DNA of 64,000 nucleotides from Bacillota bacterium (GTDB lineage Bacteria; Bacillota; UBA4882; JBLNCG01): NCBI GenBank assembly GCA_050260475.1, contig JBLNCG010000061.1, positions 79,559 to 143,558 of the forward strand, read 5' to 3'. Shown piece by piece: positions 61,989 to 64,000 of this stretch (position 1 is its first letter; each line of letters starts with the position of its first letter). The notes under the pieces were generated by a model. It saw only the letters and a program-made list of their open reading frames with translations, ran no database searches and was not told where the DNA came from. The position numbers and the translations under genes were made by a program.

Positions 61989-62747
61989 TCACTGGTAGCC
62001 TTCATTTTGCAGCTCTTTCTTCAATTTTCGCAGCGCCTTCTTTTCAATGCGCGAGACATATGAACGGGAAATTCCCAGCATCCGCGAGATTTCCCTCTGC
62101 GTCTTCCGGATCCCGTCATACAAACCATAGCGCATCCGGATTACCAGCTTCTCCCGGGGGGTTAAATAAAACATCTTGCGGTGCAGCACCTCTTCTTCCA
62201 GTATGCTTTCCACTTTATCCTGGACCACTTCGGTATCCGTACCGAGTATATCCATGAGCGTCAGTTCGTTTCCCTCCCGGTCCGCGCCGATGGGTTCATA
62301 CAGCAATATATCATGGCGGTTTCTTCTGGTAAGACGCAGGTGCATGAGGATTTCATTTTCGATGCATCTTGCGGCGTATGTTGCCAGCCTGGTCTTTCTG
62401 CCTCTTTGAAAAGTGTTGATCCCCTTGATCAGGCCAATTGTTCCGATGGAAATAAGATCGTCCAGGCTTTCCCCCGTGCTGTCGAATTTCTTAACCACAT
62501 GCGCCACCAGCCTGAGATTGCGCTCGATCAATATATTTTTCGCTTCTTTATCCCCCTGCATCATGGCTGTGAGATACTTTTCCTCCTCTTCCTCGGAGAG
62601 CGGTTGCGGAAATATACTGGATCCCGTGATGTACGATACGAAGTACAACAAGTTCTCCCACAAGGATTGCAAAACGAGAAACCAAGGAAACAAAAAAATC
62701 CCTCCTGTTATCTTTTCCGGACTTGCCCGGAAAATAAAAACCAGCAT
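61989..62747 (-). CDS. sigK: RNA polymerase sporulation sigma factor, pro-sigma-K type
   Basis: YFVSYITGSSIFPQPLSEEEEEKYL, NLRLVAHVVKKF, LATYAARCIENEILMHLR and GISRSYVSRIEKKAL closely parallel B. subtilis pro-sigma-K, including the FxVS|Y processing site. The gene is uninterrupted. Confidence 0.88.
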   Translation of the reverse strand: MLVFIFRASPEKITGGIFLFPWFLVLQSLWENLLYFVSYITGSSIFPQPLSEEEEEKYLTAMMQGDKEAKNILIERNLRLVAHVVKKFDSTGESLDDLISIGTIGLIKGINTFQRGRKTRLATYAARCIENEILMHLRLTRRNRHDILLYEPIGADREGNELTLMDILGTDTEVVQDKVESILEEEVLHRKMFYLTPREKLVIRMRYGLYDGIRKTQREISRMLGISRSYVSRIEKKALRKLKKELQNEGYQ

Positions 62748-62928
62748 GGAGACAACAAACGGCGGATTTTATCCCCCGTCATTCATGCTGATAAACGCCG
62801 AAAAAAACACTGATGAATTGAATACACTTTATTACTTTATTCCATCGCGGCTTGTCCCGTGCCAGTCCCATTTCGGTAATCAGCGGCCGGCAATCAGTGA
62901 GCAGCGCCCGGCATTAACTCTTTACTGA

Positions 62929-62990
62929 TTGCTGTTCACTATTACTATTAGTGGCAAGATTCAGCATTAAGGCAACAACGCAATTGCCTT
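62929..62990 (+). repeat. family A repeat, truncated copy
   Basis: GATTGCTGTT...TATTAGTGGCAAGATTCAGCATTAAGGCAACAACGCAATTGCC. The right half is intact and the left half is deleted or degenerate. Confidence 0.55.
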
Positions 62991-62992
62991 TA

Positions 62993-64000
62993 TTAGTGGT
63001 GCTTTAAATAATATTCAACGATCTTTCTGAATAAAGGGGCCGCGCTGGCGCCGCCGGTCTTTCCCTCTTCCACCAGCACCACCATGGCGATCTCCGGCTG
63101 ATTTAACGGCCAGAATCCCGCAAACCAGGCATGGGTGATCTCACGCCCCCGTCCGTCTTTACGTCCTGTCTGGGCGGTGCCGGTTTTTCCGCCGCTCCCT
63201 CCCGCCGCCTCCGCGGCCCGTCCCGTTCCATTCTGCACCACGGCTCTCATCATAATTCTTAAAGTGCGTGCAGTCCCTTCCGACATTATCCTGGCCAGCA
63301 TATACGGCGGATAACTCTTGCGCGCCTCGCCGCCGTGGGTGAGGATCTTCTTCACGATACGGGGCTTGTATAGGTTCCCCCCGTTGGCTATGGCCGCCAC
63401 GAAGGAACATATTTGAAGGGGAGAGGTCTTCACGGATTTTTGGCCGATGGAGATATTCCCGATATCCCCCTTTGACATCAAATCCGGATTTTCCAGGTAA
63501 CCCCGGCTTTCTTCGGAAAGTCCGCATCCGGTCGGGGAACCGAAGCCGAATTTACGGGAATATCCGACGATTTTCCGGGCGCCCAGCCTCATTCCAAGCT
63601 CGATGAAAACCGGATTGCATGAAACCGCCATGGCTTTGACCAGATAAATCTTTTTATGGCCGCCTTCCTCATAGGCGGCGCAGCGGAAGCGGTGGTTCTG
63701 CACTTCATAATACCCGGGATCGTAAAACATTTCCACGGGGGAGGTTTCCTTCTCCTCCAGGGCGGCTGCAGCGATGATCAACTTGAAAACCGAACCCGGA
63801 TAAAAATCACGCAGCGCCCGGTTGATGAGGGGAGCGCCGCCGGCCCCCAAATATGCGCCGGGGTTATTTCCGTCGTATGAAGGCCGGCTGCACATGGCCA
63901 AAACATCGCCGGTTTGAGGTTCCATGATCACGACCGCGCCTTTCTTCACATGCCCCGTCATGACATGCTCCGCCGCTTTTTGCCAGTTCGCGTCCAAGGC
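62993..64000 (-). CDS. class B penicillin-binding protein, transpeptidase domain (N-terminus beyond the right window edge)
   Basis: It carries SxxK (GSVFK), SxN (SCN) and KTG (GKTGTAQ). The reading frame stays open to the window end. Confidence 0.9.
   Translation of the reverse strand, partial: ALDANWQKAAEHVMTGHVKKGAVVIMEPQTGDVLAMCSRPSYDGNNPGAYLGAGGAPLINRALRDFYPGSVFKLIIAAAALEEKETSPVEMFYDPGYYEVQNHRFRCAAYEEGGHKKIYLVKAMAVSCNPVFIELGMRLGARKIVGYSRKFGFGSPTGCGLSEESRGYLENPDLMSKGDIGNISIGQKSVKTSPLQICSFVAAIANGGNLYKPRIVKKILTHGGEARKSYPPYMLARIMSEGTARTLRIMMRAVVQNGTGRAAEAAGGSGGKTGTAQTGRKDGRGREITHAWFAGFWPLNQPEIAMVVLVEEGKTGGASAAPLFRKIVEYYLKHH

Noticed and set aside
1134..62990. Whether the recurring repeats constitute a CRISPR array.
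   Set aside because: Copies are 3-25 kb apart, sit in both orientations, run ~115 bp long and are separated by ordinary genes. There is no regular repeat-spacer periodicity, and no cas genes are present.

Overview
This 64-kb window is a chromosomal segment, roughly mid-50s % GC by eye, from an endospore-forming Firmicute (Clostridia- or Negativicutes-like). Every credible gene, about 68 CDS, lies on the minus strand. I found no rRNA, tRNA, CRISPR array, transposase or recognisable defence system.

Most of the window is housekeeping and sporulation genes in B. subtilis-like yqe/yqf/yqh/yta synteny. In order these are:
- a partial MCP, secG, secDF, tgt, queA
- era, a GNAT gene, cdd, a dgkA-PAP2 fusion, ybeY, pgpH, phoH, yqfD, yqfC
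- rpsU (unlisted in the ORF track, found by hand), a HIT gene, mtaB, folE2, csp
- a SPOR/beta-propeller protein, an SLT transglycosylase, coaE, ytaF, mutM, polA
- a tsaD-like gene, nusB, the asp23 cluster, accBC, spoIIIAA-AH, efp, pepP, aroQ, aroB
- on the far side of the pilus locus: yqeH, yqeG, pro-sigK and a partial PBP

The most unusual content is a ~19-kb type IV pilus locus at 40.3-59.5 kb. It runs pilB-pilT-pilC-pilA-pilD-comFB-pilM-pilN-pilO-(PilP-like)-secretin. Downstream are two tandem, diverged copies of a three-gene cassette (one giant GspK/PilX-like protein plus two minor pilins) and a Wzy_C/O-antigen-ligase-like gene. The secretin carries a Pro-rich linker and two C-terminal LysM peptidoglycan-binding modules, which I regard as the most novel single feature.

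Independently, the intergenic DNA holds three families of structured nested-palindrome repeats:
- Family A is ~115 bp, with 5 full and at least 3 truncated copies and compensatory stem changes.
- Family B is ~125-150 bp, with 2 copies and a three-way-junction-like fold.
- Family C is a ~120-bp triple-nested palindrome sharing an AACCGGTGAT motif with sites next to A copies.

All calls rest on reading the translated ORFs and the DNA by eye. No database search or computation was run, so family names are motif-based recognitions. Identities and GC are not quantified.
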